The notes beneath the pieces are model-generated. The model ran no database searches. It saw only the letters and a list, made by a program, of their open reading frames with translations, and was not told the origin of the DNA. From positions 618,852-676,381 of the forward strand of contig JBFWNU010000003.1 in NCBI GenBank assembly GCA_050250895.1: 57,530 nucleotides of DNA. The letters run 5' to 3'. Both the position numbers and the translations under genes were made by a program. This stretch comes from Vulcanimicrobiota bacterium (lineage in GTDB: Bacteria; Vulcanimicrobiota; Xenobia; Xenobiales; JADMJV01). Shown here piece by piece: positions 47,940 to 57,530 of this stretch. How positions within the stretch are numbered: the stretch's first letter is position 1; each line of letters starts with the position of its first letter.

Positions 47940-48211
47940 AACAAGACTGTAACAAATAAATTGATGGAAGCCAATCGGCCCATGGCCGGAAGGGGGCCGT
48001 CTGGCTACTCCGATCGGCCTAGGGCGCTAGAGGCGTCATCGTCCCTCCAGTCGCCATGGTCGCAGAGATCGCTAACTGCTTGCTCAAGGTACGTCAAGGC
48101 TCCTGGCGTGTTAGCCGATGGCGCCTAGCGCCCCGACTGCACTGCTGGCGGCTGCTGTCGGGCCTGGGAGGGGCGGGAGGAATTGGCCGCCCCGTTCAAA
48201 ACAAGGCGGGC

Positions 48212-49474
48212 ATGAAACCCGTTCGAGAGACTTTTATCGCAGGCGTGAAGATTACGCCATTTATCGGCAAGGGAAGCCCCGATTTCATAACCCGCGGCCA
48301 CCCCGACTTCGGCAAGAAAGAAAATCCCACGCTAGAAGAGCAGATGGCCCTGGCGGTCAACGGCTTGTTCAGCGAGTTGGGGGTCGATCCCAAGCTGGTG
48401 CAGCGCTGTTACGTGGGCAACTTCGCTGGCGAGTTGTTCTCGAATCAGGGGCACCTGGGAGCCATGGTGGGTCGGGTCGAGCCGGCTCTGGCCGGGGTGG
48501 GGTCTGCTCGCGTCGAAGCGGCCTGCGCCTCAGGCGGCGTGGCGCTGGTGTCGGGGGTCGAAGCGATCGCAGCCGGACTCGATGTGGTGCTGGTGACGGG
48601 GGCCGAGGTGCAGACCACCGTGCGGGCCCGGGAGGGGGCCGACTTTCTGGCCCGAGCCGCTCACTATGCCATCGAGCGACCGATTGACGACTTCACCTTT
48701 CCGGCCGTTTTTGCTCGCCGCATGAAAGCTTATCACGAAGCTCACGGGACCGACCTGGGCGAGTTCGCCCACTTCACCGTCAAAGCGTTCGAGAATGCCT
48801 CCAAGAATCCACTGGCGCACATGCGAGAGGCTAAGACCAGCTTCGAGCAAGCCAGCACGGCGGGCGACCACAATCCCAATTTTCTAGCTAACGAAGAGCT
48901 CAAGACCTTTTTGAAGGTGAGCGATTGCAGCCAGGTGACCGATGGCGCGGCCGCCCTGCTGCTGGTCTCGAGAGAGGGGTTGGCCAGGATTGGCAAGAGC
49001 CCGGCCGACTGCATCAAGATCCGCAGCTATGGATTCGTGACCAACCCGCTGGCCGAGGTCAAGAACCTGCTCGAGTTCGAGAGTGCTCGCCAGTCGTTCG
49101 TCGAGAGCCTGGGTGACGGTGGGGCCAAGCTCGAGGATGTCGGCGTGGCCGAGGTCCACGACTGTTTCACCATCGCCGAGTGCCTGATGATGGAGGCCCT
49201 GGGCGTGGCCCCGGCCGGGCGCGGTATCGAGGCGGTCAAGTCGGGCAAGACCACCCTCGAGGGTGACTTGCCGGTCAACACGGGGGGAGGGCTGGTCGGG
49301 TTTGGCCACCCGGTGGGCGCCACCGGGGTCAAGCAGGCGGCCGAGATCTATCGCCAGATGAAGGGCGAGTGCGGCGACTATCAACTCAAGTCGCGGCCTG
49401 CGCTGGGGTTGATGGCCAACATGGGAGGCGATGACCGAACCTGCGTCACGGCTCTGTTCGAGAATCTCGGCTAG
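48212..49474 (+). CDS. SCP2-type thiolase family protein
   Basis: EAACASG, DCSQVTDGAA, EVHDCF, GHPVGATG, NMGG. Confidence 0.9.
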   Translation: MKPVRETFIAGVKITPFIGKGSPDFITRGHPDFGKKENPTLEEQMALAVNGLFSELGVDPKLVQRCYVGNFAGELFSNQGHLGAMVGRVEPALAGVGSARVEAACASGGVALVSGVEAIAAGLDVVLVTGAEVQTTVRAREGADFLARAAHYAIERPIDDFTFPAVFARRMKAYHEAHGTDLGEFAHFTVKAFENASKNPLAHMREAKTSFEQASTAGDHNPNFLANEELKTFLKVSDCSQVTDGAAALLLVSREGLARIGKSPADCIKIRSYGFVTNPLAEVKNLLEFESARQSFVESLGDGGAKLEDVGVAEVHDCFTIAECLMMEALGVAPAGRGIEAVKSGKTTLEGDLPVNTGGGLVGFGHPVGATGVKQAAEIYRQMKGECGDYQLKSRPALGLMANMGGDDRTCVTALFENLG

Positions 49475-49475
49475 C

Positions 49476-50093
49476 ATGCTGACCCGCGCTCAGGGCTTGC
49501 TCGAGGCGGCCCGGCAGAGCCAGTCGGTCGAGCAGCTCTATCGCGGCTGCGATGAGCTGCTGATGGCACTCAAGAGCGACCCTGAGTCGTTCGAGGTGGT
49601 GCGGGCCAGTTCGCTGTTAGCTAAAGAGTCGCTGGGGCCCGAGTTGCAGATGCGGGGGTTGCCGCCTCCTCGAGAGGCGGCGGCGGCGGGGTTGCGCGCT
49701 CTTGCCTCCGGGATGATCAGCGGTTTGCTGGATGGGATGTTGCTCTACGAGCAAGACGAGCCCCCCGCCGACTTCCAACTGACGGTGGCAGATGCCCAGC
49801 TGCAGGCCAAAGCGGACGTGATGGTGCAAAATCTTGGCGACATCGTCCGGGTGGCTCGTCAGAGCTGGGCCCAGGGCGACGCCGATTCGCTCCAATTACT
49901 CAGCGGTTATGGCCGCCACGAAAATCGCAAAAGTGATGACGAGGCCATGGCGCTGGCGGCCAGTCCAGGTGTGCCGCTCTTCGAGTTTCAGGTCTTCTTG
50001 CTGGCCACGTTCAAAGGCGGCTACGCCATGGGAATGGCCGATGCGGCTGTGGTTTTCGTAGCTGGAGAGCGTCCCGGCCAAGCCCCCGAATAG
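49476..50093 (+). CDS. Hypothetical protein
   Basis: ATG immediately after the thiolase stop; helical and coding-like. Confidence 0.65.
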   Translation: MLTRAQGLLEAARQSQSVEQLYRGCDELLMALKSDPESFEVVRASSLLAKESLGPELQMRGLPPPREAAAAGLRALASGMISGLLDGMLLYEQDEPPADFQLTVADAQLQAKADVMVQNLGDIVRVARQSWAQGDADSLQLLSGYGRHENRKSDDEAMALAASPGVPLFEFQVFLLATFKGGYAMGMADAAVVFVAGERPGQAPE

Positions 50094-50257
50094 GTTCTCG
50101 AACAGGAGCTGCCTGGGTCTTCGCGAAGCCAGAACCAGTCAATCGAGGCCTCAGTGTTCGATTACCTCGGAGTGTCCGAGCCGGCAAGGTTCGACAAAGT
50201 CTGGTGTGTGTTCTGTTCTAGTGGCTTCCAGGTTGCTTTACTAGAGAGGAGTTAGGA

Positions 50258-50527
50258 ATGAATCTGTTCGTTGGTCAGCTGAGCTACGACGCCGGCGAAG
50301 ACGAACTCCGCGAGGCTTTCGAGCCGTTCGGCGAGATCGTCTCGGTGGCCGTGATTCGCGACCGCGAGACCGGTCGTCATCGCGGTTTCGGCTTTGTCGA
50401 GTTCGGCAGTGCAGAACAGGGTCAGGCCGCCATCAACGCGATGGACGGAACGTCCATTTGCGGCCGTCGCGTGGTGGTCAACGAGGCACGTCCGCGCGCC
50501 GAGCGTGCGCCCCGACCCAGACGCTAG
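50258..50527 (+). CDS. RRM RNA-binding protein
   Basis: RNP2 LFVGQL, RNP1 RGFGFVEF, VNEARPR; strong SD. Confidence 0.95.
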   Translation: MNLFVGQLSYDAGEDELREAFEPFGEIVSVAVIRDRETGRHRGFGFVEFGSAEQGQAAINAMDGTSICGRRVVVNEARPRAERAPRPRR

Positions 50528-50543
50528 CCCACCGAGGTTACAG

Positions 50544-50573
50544 AAAAGCCGGAGGGAATCCTCCGGCTTTTTT
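50544..50573 (+). terminator. Intrinsic terminator
   Basis: AAAAGCCGGAGG-gaat-CCTCCGGCTTTTTT. Confidence 0.9.
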
Positions 50574-50655
50574 CGTTCGACGGGCTGTTCATTCTCTGTT
50601 CAAGACTCGATCGCCAGATGGGTATACTTTGGCGCCAAAGGGAGAAGTATCCGAT

Positions 50656-52863
50656 TTGTTGATCCGTAGTGCCATCGCTCGTCCAGCCTTGCCAAACCTG
50701 GCCGGGGCCCGGGCAGTCTCGAAAGCTGAGGCCGTCGAGCCCCGCGATTCGGTGACCCTGAGCGGGGCCGAGCCCGAGTTCGTGCCCGGGCAGGTGATCG
50801 TCAAACTGCGTCCTGGACTCTCGGTCCAAGAGAGCAAGAATCTGCTCGAGGAGTATGGCGCCACCGTCGAGCGCCGCTTCCAACTGCCGGCCGAGATGGC
50901 TGCCAGGGTGGGCGGCGAGCTGATGCTATGGGAGTTGCCCACCAACCTGACCACCGAGAAGGCTCTCGAAGCCATGCGGGGCGATAATCGCCTGGCCGTG
51001 GCCGTTCCCAACCACGTGGTGCGGGCTTTTTCGCACGAAGAGGATGAGCCTACCCCGCCCCCCCAACAGGGCCAGCCTCCGAGCAGCACTCCGGACGACC
51101 TGCACCAGCAACAGTGGGCGCTGGCCAACACGGGCCAGACCGGCGGCACGAGCGGTGCCGACATCAACGCCCTGGACGCTTGGAAGGTCACCACCGGCAG
51201 CAACCAGGGTCCCCTGATTGCCATCGTCGATTCGGGTGTGCTCTATGACAACCCCGAGCTTTCTCCCAACATCTGGACCAACCCCGATGAGGTAGCCGAC
51301 GGTGTCGACAACGACGGTAACGGCATCATCGACGATCTCCACGGCGTCAACTTCGTCGCCAAGAACGGCGACCCCAGAGATGACTCCGGCCACGGTACCC
51401 ACATCGCCAGCGTGATCGCGGCCAAGGGCAACAACGGGGCGGGTATGGCCGGCATCAACTGGGATGCCCGCATCATGCCCTTGAAGTTTCTCGAGAAGAG
51501 CGGTCGCGGTAGTATCGCCGACGCCATCTCGGCCATTGCCTACGCCGAGACGAAAGGCGCTCGCATCGTGGTCAATGGCTGGGGTTCCGAGATCCAGAAT
51601 CAGGCCCTCTTCGAAGTGATGAAGGCCAGTCAGGCCATGCACATCTGTGCTTCTGGCAACGACGGCTATGACAACGACGTGCGTCCGGTCCACCCGGCCT
51701 CGTTCCCGCTCGACAACATCATCTCGGTGGCAGCCACCGACCACGACGATGAATTCACTCCCTTCTCCAATCTCGGTCCCGACTCGGTCGACCTGGCTGC
51801 GCCCGGTCGCAAAGTCTATGTGATGAACGCCAAGGGCGAGTATGAACTGTTGGGCGGGACCTCGATCGCTGCCGCCCACGTAGCCGGGGTCGCCGGGCTG
51901 ATCGCCACGCGTTATCCTGATATCAGCAACGAAGCGCTGCGCACCCGTTTGCTTTCGGGCGTAGACCCGCTGCCTAAAAAGGCCGACCGGGTGGCCACCG
52001 GGGGGCGTGTCGACGCGGCCCGGTCGCTCGAGAACGACACCACCCCGCCGGGAGCGCCATCAGACCTCTGGGTCTCGAACTTGACCCCCACTTCGGTGGG
52101 ACTGTCCTGGACCGCCACCGGCGACGACGGCCTGCAGGGCCGGGGCCACCACTATCAGATGCGTTGGGCCGAGCAACCCATCGTCGAGGGCGAGGTCAAA
52201 CCTGGACAGGTGAGCTTCGATCAGGCCAATCCTTTCAAGGTGGCCGCTCCGGGCGAGGCCGGCAAAGCCGAGCAGGTGTCGGTCGATTTCGGTCCCTCGG
52301 GCAAGAATCGCAAGCTCTACTTCGCCTTGCGCGCCGTCGACAATGTGGGCAACCGCTCGGCCATTTCGACCGCCGAGGCGACCATCCCCAGCTCGACGGT
52401 GGCCTTCGAGGATACCTTCGACCTCAAAGACACCCCCTGGACGGCCGAAGGCGAGTGGGCCCGCGTGCCCACCGAAGGCCGTGGTATGGTCTGGACCGAC
52501 AGTCCTGACAAAGACTACGACAACAATCTTGATGTCTCGATCACCTCGCCTTCCATCTCGCTCAAGGATTGGCGAAATGCCCAGCTCCACTTTGATTCAC
52601 GCTATACCATCGAGCCGGGCCACGACTCGTGCGAGGTCGAGGTCTACGGCAAGAAGTGGTGGTGGACCAAGTGGCGAAGCGTGGCCAGTCTCGATGGCTA
52701 CAGCGACTGGAAGAACTCCAAGATCGACCTGTCGGACTATGACGGCCAGGACATCAAGATCCGCTTCCGGCTCAAGACCGACAAGTCGCGCACAGCCTAT
52801 GGAATTCAGCTCGACAACACCGTCATCACGGGGGAGAAACGGCAGGCGGCCGACGGCCACTAG
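50656..52863 (+). CDS. S8 subtilisin-like protease with prodomain, FN3 and C-terminal jelly-roll domains
   Basis: Catalytic triad IVDSG / HGTHIA / GTSIA; DNDGNGIIDD; LSWTATGDDG. TTG start after GGGAG. Confidence 0.92.
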   Translation: MLIRSAIARPALPNLAGARAVSKAEAVEPRDSVTLSGAEPEFVPGQVIVKLRPGLSVQESKNLLEEYGATVERRFQLPAEMAARVGGELMLWELPTNLTTEKALEAMRGDNRLAVAVPNHVVRAFSHEEDEPTPPPQQGQPPSSTPDDLHQQQWALANTGQTGGTSGADINALDAWKVTTGSNQGPLIAIVDSGVLYDNPELSPNIWTNPDEVADGVDNDGNGIIDDLHGVNFVAKNGDPRDDSGHGTHIASVIAAKGNNGAGMAGINWDARIMPLKFLEKSGRGSIADAISAIAYAETKGARIVVNGWGSEIQNQALFEVMKASQAMHICASGNDGYDNDVRPVHPASFPLDNIISVAATDHDDEFTPFSNLGPDSVDLAAPGRKVYVMNAKGEYELLGGTSIAAAHVAGVAGLIATRYPDISNEALRTRLLSGVDPLPKKADRVATGGRVDAARSLENDTTPPGAPSDLWVSNLTPTSVGLSWTATGDDGLQGRGHHYQMRWAEQPIVEGEVKPGQVSFDQANPFKVAAPGEAGKAEQVSVDFGPSGKNRKLYFALRAVDNVGNRSAISTAEATIPSSTVAFEDTFDLKDTPWTAEGEWARVPTEGRGMVWTDSPDKDYDNNLDVSITSPSISLKDWRNAQLHFDSRYTIEPGHDSCEVEVYGKKWWWTKWRSVASLDGYSDWKNSKIDLSDYDGQDIKIRFRLKTDKSRTAYGIQLDNTVITGEKRQAADGH

Positions 52864-52866
52864 AGG

Positions 52867-53319
52867 ATGCTCTGGATCTGGTTGGGCAAGACGGTTCCGC
52901 TCTTGATCGGGGTCGGTCTGCTGGTATCGGTGGCTCGCGACGAGGTTCGGGCGGAAGAGCGCTGGCATCGAGCGGGAACGATCTGCCTGGCGCTGGCTGT
53001 GCTGGTGGTGGGCTTTCACGGCCTCTGGAATCTTTATCAGACGACGACTTTCATCGCTAACCTCGATCCCGAGGCCGTGGAGCAGGTGGTGATCGCCTAC
53101 GAGCCCCTCGAGCCCGAGCAGGGAAGAGAGTTCGTGAGGGCCCTGGCCGGGGCCAGGCCGACCGGGCTGGGAAGCACCGCCGATCACGTTCCCATGGAGT
53201 TGTCCCTGCCCAACGGCAAGTTCTATGGAGAGATCCATTACTACCCGCGCGGAGCGGTGGTGATCCTGGGAAACCCCAGCCGACGGGTTTGGGTGGAAGG
53301 CCTCGACCGGTTGCATTGA
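52867..53319 (+). CDS. Membrane hypothetical protein
   Basis: Two N-terminal TM segments; directly follows the protease gene. Confidence 0.6.
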   Translation: MLWIWLGKTVPLLIGVGLLVSVARDEVRAEERWHRAGTICLALAVLVVGFHGLWNLYQTTTFIANLDPEAVEQVVIAYEPLEPEQGREFVRALAGARPTGLGSTADHVPMELSLPNGKFYGEIHYYPRGAVVILGNPSRRVWVEGLDRLH

Positions 53320-53350
53320 GAAGAGGCCGCATCATCCTGAGGAGGCCGCC

Positions 53351-54079
53351 GTGCAAGCCAAACCTGGTCAGTTCTGTTGGGTCGAGTTATTGACCACCGC
53401 CCCCGACGCGAGTTCGTTCTATTCCCAGCTGTTTGGCTGGTCGACTCGCACCCTAGAAAACCAATACACCGAGTTCGTCCTGGGCGAAGAGCCGGTGGGA
53501 GGACTGGTACGCGTGAGCGACCCCCAGGTGGCCCACTGGGCCTGCACCGTGGCCGTGGAGGACCTCGACGCTAGCCTGGCCGTTCTCGAGGCGGCCGGCG
53601 GACGCGTGATTGAAGGCCCGGAGGGAGCGCTAGGGCTGGGCCGGGCTGCCTGGGTTGAAGACCCCCAGGGAGGACGCTTCAGTCTGTGGCAGGGCGAGAA
53701 GCATTTCGGGGCCAGCGCCGGAGCGACCGGCCACTTTCTGTCATGTGATCTGGCCTGCCCTGACGCCGAGAAGGCCGGGGCCTTCTATGCTCGGGTGTTC
53801 GGCTGGCGATTCTTTGCCCGCAAAGGCAGCGGCAGCAGCTACTACAGCTTCGCGCTGGGCGAGCAGCGGCTGGGGACCGTGGCCGAGTTCGAAGGACTGG
53901 AGAAGTCTTGCTGGACCGTCACGTTCGCCACCGATGACCTCGAGGGGCAGAAGGCCCGAGCCGAACAACTGGGCGCCGAAGTCAACGTGCCTGTCTTCAC
54001 GTCGCCCCTGGGTCGTACAGCCGGCCTGGTCGACCCCCACGGTCACGTTTTCGGGCTGGTCGAGCCGAGCCCGGCCTAA
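53351..54079 (+). CDS. VOC/glyoxalase family protein (two domains)
   Basis: PGQFCWVEL, FYSQLFGW, DPQGG.F, FYARVFGW, DPHG.VFG. Confidence 0.9.
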   Translation: MQAKPGQFCWVELLTTAPDASSFYSQLFGWSTRTLENQYTEFVLGEEPVGGLVRVSDPQVAHWACTVAVEDLDASLAVLEAAGGRVIEGPEGALGLGRAAWVEDPQGGRFSLWQGEKHFGASAGATGHFLSCDLACPDAEKAGAFYARVFGWRFFARKGSGSSYYSFALGEQRLGTVAEFEGLEKSCWTVTFATDDLEGQKARAEQLGAEVNVPVFTSPLGRTAGLVDPHGHVFGLVEPSPA

Positions 54080-54816
54080 AGACTCAGGGCCGACAGCGTT
54101 GACTTGAGCCCGATCATTACCAGTAGGACGAAGGCCACCACCCGCAGGCGCGGCTTGGGGAGGCTCTGACCAATTTTGAGCCCCGCCAGGCTGCCCAGGA
54201 TGGTGGCCGGAGAGGCTAGCAGGCCGCTCACTACCGCCAGGCCGATGGGCCCCCCGAAGACCAGATAGAGTCCTACCAGGTTGAGGGGGACGCAGACGAC
54301 GTAAAGGCCGAAGAGAAAGGCTCGGGTTCGTCGTGCCGACCATTTCATGGACATCACCCACAGCACCAGTGGGGGGCCTCCCATGCCCACCAACCCCTGC
54401 AAGTAGCCGCTGCTAAGGCAAGCCGGAACGGTCCACCTCTCAGCTTTTTCGGGCTTGGGACGGGTCAGGCCTACGAAAGCCACCGAAGCCAGCACCATCA
54501 GCCCGAGAAAGAGCTTGATCTCTCCCTGATTCCGCGAACTGAGCAGGCCCAGCGAAAAGATGCCCAGGGGTATGGTGGCCAGTCGTAGGGCCGAAGCGTG
54601 CCCCACCCATTTCCAGTCGACCAGGCGGCGCAGTTGGAACACGCCTACCAGGCTGCTGATGATGGAGGTCGCCATAACAATGGCCACGGCTACCGGGAGC
54701 GGTCGACCGATGGCAACCAGCAGAGGAACCGACAACATGGCCATGGCGAAACCTACGGCGCTCTGCACCGCGCTTGCCACGCCCAGGATGAGGGCCTCCA
54801 GCCAGAAGTCGGTCAC
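54076..54816 (-). CDS. Sulfite exporter TauE/SafE family membrane protein
   Basis: VQSAVGFA...VPLL, GMGGPP; about 8 TM segments; GTG start. Confidence 0.85.
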   Translation of the reverse strand: MTDFWLEALILGVASAVQSAVGFAMAMLSVPLLVAIGRPLPVAVAIVMATSIISSLVGVFQLRRLVDWKWVGHASALRLATIPLGIFSLGLLSSRNQGEIKLFLGLMVLASVAFVGLTRPKPEKAERWTVPACLSSGYLQGLVGMGGPPLVLWVMSMKWSARRTRAFLFGLYVVCVPLNLVGLYLVFGGPIGLAVVSGLLASPATILGSLAGLKIGQSLPKPRLRVVAFVLLVMIGLKSTLSALSL

Positions 54817-55005
54817 CCGGCCATTGTGACGGATCCGGCTTAAAAAAGCCCAAATTCGGCCCGGCAAGCACCCCGGAGGAGTTGGTTTTTTGGTAGAATG
54901 GCAACATTGCTGTAACAAATTTTACAGCCTGGCAACAGCGGTTACGACCTGGCAATGAATTCGCGACGATCTTCTCTGCTAGGATGGAACTGGAGAGGTG
55001 TGTGA

Positions 55006-57530
55006 ATGGCAACAACCAGAAGAGTGAGTAGGCCCCCGGTCTCTCGATCGTCGTCGACGCGCACGAGAACTTCGAGTCCTCGCCGGCGCACGACCACGAG
55101 CCGTGGCCCGACCCACTCTCAGAGCACCGCTTCGGCTAAGAAGACGGCCGCGTCCGGCTCTGCTTCAGCCACCAAAAAGGCGGACCCGTCGCCCAAGATC
55201 GCCTCTCCCGGAGCGGTCGACCGTCTGCCCGATAAGTTGCCGAAAGCTTCCGCCAAAGAACCGAGCGGCAGCGCCCAGGAGTTGATCAAAGGCCTCAACA
55301 CCAGCTTCGGCGATCTCGGCTCTGGTCAGCAACAAGCCCTCAAAGCGGCCGAGGCCAAGAACGAAAGCTACAAGGAAGAGCTCAATCGCTATGTGGCCGC
55401 CTCGCAGAACCAGGCCCAGGTAAAGACCCAGCTTTTCGATCGTAACGGTCAGGCCACCAACCCTCCCCAGAGCCAGAACCCCTCCGACATCAAAGTGTCG
55501 CATCTGAGCCGAACCGATCGGCGTTCCCTCGATGGTGCGTCGGATGGTCTTTCCAATCGTACCTCGTCGATGGAGGCACGCGGTCTCAAAACGCGCAACG
55601 TCAAGACCAACAACCAGCGAGCGGCGGCCGCGGCTGAGCTTAAGAACCGCGCCCATCAGGCCTCGAGCGCCGCGGCTCAGCCAAATCCCGCCATTGCCTC
55701 GGGCAATCGCAACAACGAAGCGGCCAAGGTCGAAGCCCTGAAGGCTAACAGCGCCAACAAGTCGACCGAGGCGGCGCGGGCCGAGGTGGCCCGCCAGGCT
55801 GACCCCAGCAAGTCGGTCGAGGCGGCCAAAGCCGAAGCCGCCAAGCAGGCCGACCCCAGCCAGAAAATCGATAGCGCCAAGGCTGAGTTGGCCAAGGTTG
55901 AAGCGCTCAAAGCCAACAGTGCCAACAAGTCCGCCGAAGCGGCCCGGGCCGAGGTGGCCCGTCAGGCCGACCCCAGCAAGTCGGTCGAGGCGGCCAAGGC
56001 CGAGGCCGATAAGCAGACCGACCCCAGCCAGAAGGCTGACAGCGTTCGCAAAGGCGAGTCTCGGCCCAACCCGGCTCACCAGCTCGAGTCTCGTGAAGAA
56101 GCCAAGGCCGAAGCGCTCAAGGGCGACAACCCCGCGCGCTCCATCCACGCGGCCCGGGCCGAAGTTGCCCGCCAGGCCGACCCGGGCAAATCGGTGGACT
56201 CTGCCCGGGCCGACGCCAGAAAGCAGGCCGATCCTAGTCGCCAGCAGCCCGGTCAGGCGAAGGCTCCGCAGGTTCGCCCGGGAGCGGTGCATCCCCAATC
56301 GTCCCGCGATAAAGCCCGGGCTTCGGAGGTGGCCGGGGCCAACCTGGGCAGTCAGACCACTCGCCCCGCTGCTCACCCTGGCCCTGCCCCGGCTGCTCAA
56401 GCGGGCAAAGTGGCCCCGACCGGAGCCACTAAAGGCGCCAGGCCGGCCCAACCCCGCTCTGAGGCCGGCAAGACCGATTCGAACAGCGCGCAAACCAGGC
56501 CCGACGCGAACAAACCGAGTGGCCAGACTCAACCCCAGACCAGGTCGGAGGCGTCTCTGCCCGCGGCCAAGCACGAAGACGCTCCGGCCAATCCCGAGGG
56601 GGCGAGACCGGCCGCTGACCCTGAGGCCAGGCGCGAGGATGTCGGCAAACAAGACGCGGCGAAGTCCGACCCGGTTGCCCAGCCCACCCCCGATGCTAAG
56701 AAGCGGGCAGTCGACGCCCGTCGCAGTCCCCCGGCCCATCCCGGTTCGACGCACCCCCCCGCCCGGACCGGCGCTGCCAACCCGATGGGGGCGACGGGTT
56801 CACTGAGCCGCCCGGCCGCCAACCCGGGGGCGCCCGCGGCCAAGGCCCGGCCTCAGGCCTCGCAGTTTATGCCTGACACCACCGGTACCACTCAGGCTCG
56901 ACCGGCTACCGCACCTCAGACCCGCTCGGTGACGGCGCCACCCCTCCCGCGGGCCTCCACGGTGGCACCTCAATCGACCCCCGCCTCGACCACCCGTGGG
57001 CAGGCCGTCCCAGCTACACCGACCCGCCCGGCTGCGACCACGACGAGCGCGCCGCCGGCCAACCCGGCTGCGACCACGACGAGCACGCCGCCGGCCAATC
57101 CGGCCGCCAGCCAGGCTACCCCGTCCGCGACCACGACGGCCACGCCGCCGGCCACGCCCACCGGCCAGGTCACCCCGGCCACGGCCACCAGCCCGGCTAC
57201 GCCGGCCGCGGCCTCGGCTAGCACACCGGCCGCGACCACGACGGCCACACCGCCGGCCACCTCGGCCACGCCCACCGGCCAGGTCACCCCGGCCACGGCC
57301 ACCAGCCCGGCTACGCCGGCCGCAGCCTCGGCTAGCACGCCGGCCGCGACCACGACGGCCACGCCCACCGGCCAGGTCACCCCGGCCACGGCCACCAGCC
57401 CGGCTACGCCGGCCGCGGCCTCGGCTAGCACACCGGCCGCGACCACGACGGCCACACCGCCGGCCACCTCGGCCACGCCCACCGGCCAGGTCACCCCGGC
57501 CACGGCCACCAGCCCGGCTACGCCGGCCGC
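55006..57530 (+). CDS. Very long low-complexity repeat protein, 3'-partial (at least 841 codons)
   Basis: SD GGAGAGG, then ATG 55006 (MATTRRVSRPP). Frame 1 was translated by hand with no stop to the window end; absent from the ORF track. Confidence 0.85.
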   Translation, partial: MATTRRVSRPPVSRSSSTRTRTSSPRRRTTTSRGPTHSQSTASAKKTAASGSASATKKADPSPKIASPGAVDRLPDKLPKASAKEPSGSAQELIKGLNTSFGDLGSGQQQALKAAEAKNESYKEELNRYVAASQNQAQVKTQLFDRNGQATNPPQSQNPSDIKVSHLSRTDRRSLDGASDGLSNRTSSMEARGLKTRNVKTNNQRAAAAAELKNRAHQASSAAAQPNPAIASGNRNNEAAKVEALKANSANKSTEAARAEVARQADPSKSVEAAKAEAAKQADPSQKIDSAKAELAKVEALKANSANKSAEAARAEVARQADPSKSVEAAKAEADKQTDPSQKADSVRKGESRPNPAHQLESREEAKAEALKGDNPARSIHAARAEVARQADPGKSVDSARADARKQADPSRQQPGQAKAPQVRPGAVHPQSSRDKARASEVAGANLGSQTTRPAAHPGPAPAAQAGKVAPTGATKGARPAQPRSEAGKTDSNSAQTRPDANKPSGQTQPQTRSEASLPAAKHEDAPANPEGARPAADPEARREDVGKQDAAKSDPVAQPTPDAKKRAVDARRSPPAHPGSTHPPARTGAANPMGATGSLSRPAANPGAPAAKARPQASQFMPDTTGTTQARPATAPQTRSVTAPPLPRASTVAPQSTPASTTRGQAVPATPTRPAATTTSAPPANPAATTTSTPPANPAASQATPSATTTATPPATPTGQVTPATATSPATPAAASASTPAATTTATPPATSATPTGQVTPATATSPATPAAASASTPAATTTATPTGQVTPATATSPATPAAASASTPAATTTATPPATSATPTGQVTPATATSPATPA
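57154..57530 (+). repeat. Intragenic 93-114-bp Thr/Pro/Ala tandem repeats
   Basis: TPTGQVTPATATSPATPAAASASTPAATTTA units start at 57154, 57268, 57361 and 57475. Confidence 0.9.

Noticed and set aside
50458-50655. N-terminal extension of the S8 protease in the ORF track
   Set aside because: It overlaps the RRM gene and its terminator; the start at TTG 50656 has an SD.
55165-57509. Minus-strand ORFs 55165..56754 and 56970..57509, and plus-strand 55898..56806
   Set aside because: They are shadows of the long frame-1 ORF that starts at 55006 with an SD.

Overview
This is a GC-rich (about two-thirds GC by eye) bacterial chromosomal window with no rRNA, tRNA, CRISPR or prophage. Gene content and protein style suggest Vulcanimicrobiota/Eremiobacterota, but that is inference only. 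Recognisable blocks: a futalosine-pathway menaquinone operon (ubiA/mqnP, a degenerate MqnE/CofH-like gene, mqnA, mqnC, menG), an anmK-DmpA peptidase-APC permease operon, a hydroxyectoine operon in the order ask-ectABCD, efp-panE, and an EF-hand/UPF0182/Ser-Thr kinase/pseudokinase-PP2C/vWA/FHA signalling cluster. There are also several hydrolases. Most notable observations: (1) intergenic tandem arrays with a period of about 160-180 bp built on a CTTCCG-NN-CGGAAG palindrome at three loci plus a solo copy, the largest directly upstream of a DUF222-like HNH nuclease; (2) unrelated proteins sharing a ~30-aa non-Sec leader ending in a FlgM-like D-x-V-x-L-S motif at residue 29-31, a possible dedicated export signal; (3) a predicted ~130-nt sRNA with promoter and terminator; (4) a panE gene apparently starting at GTC; (5) an ORF of at least 841 codons running off the right edge, missed by the ORF track.
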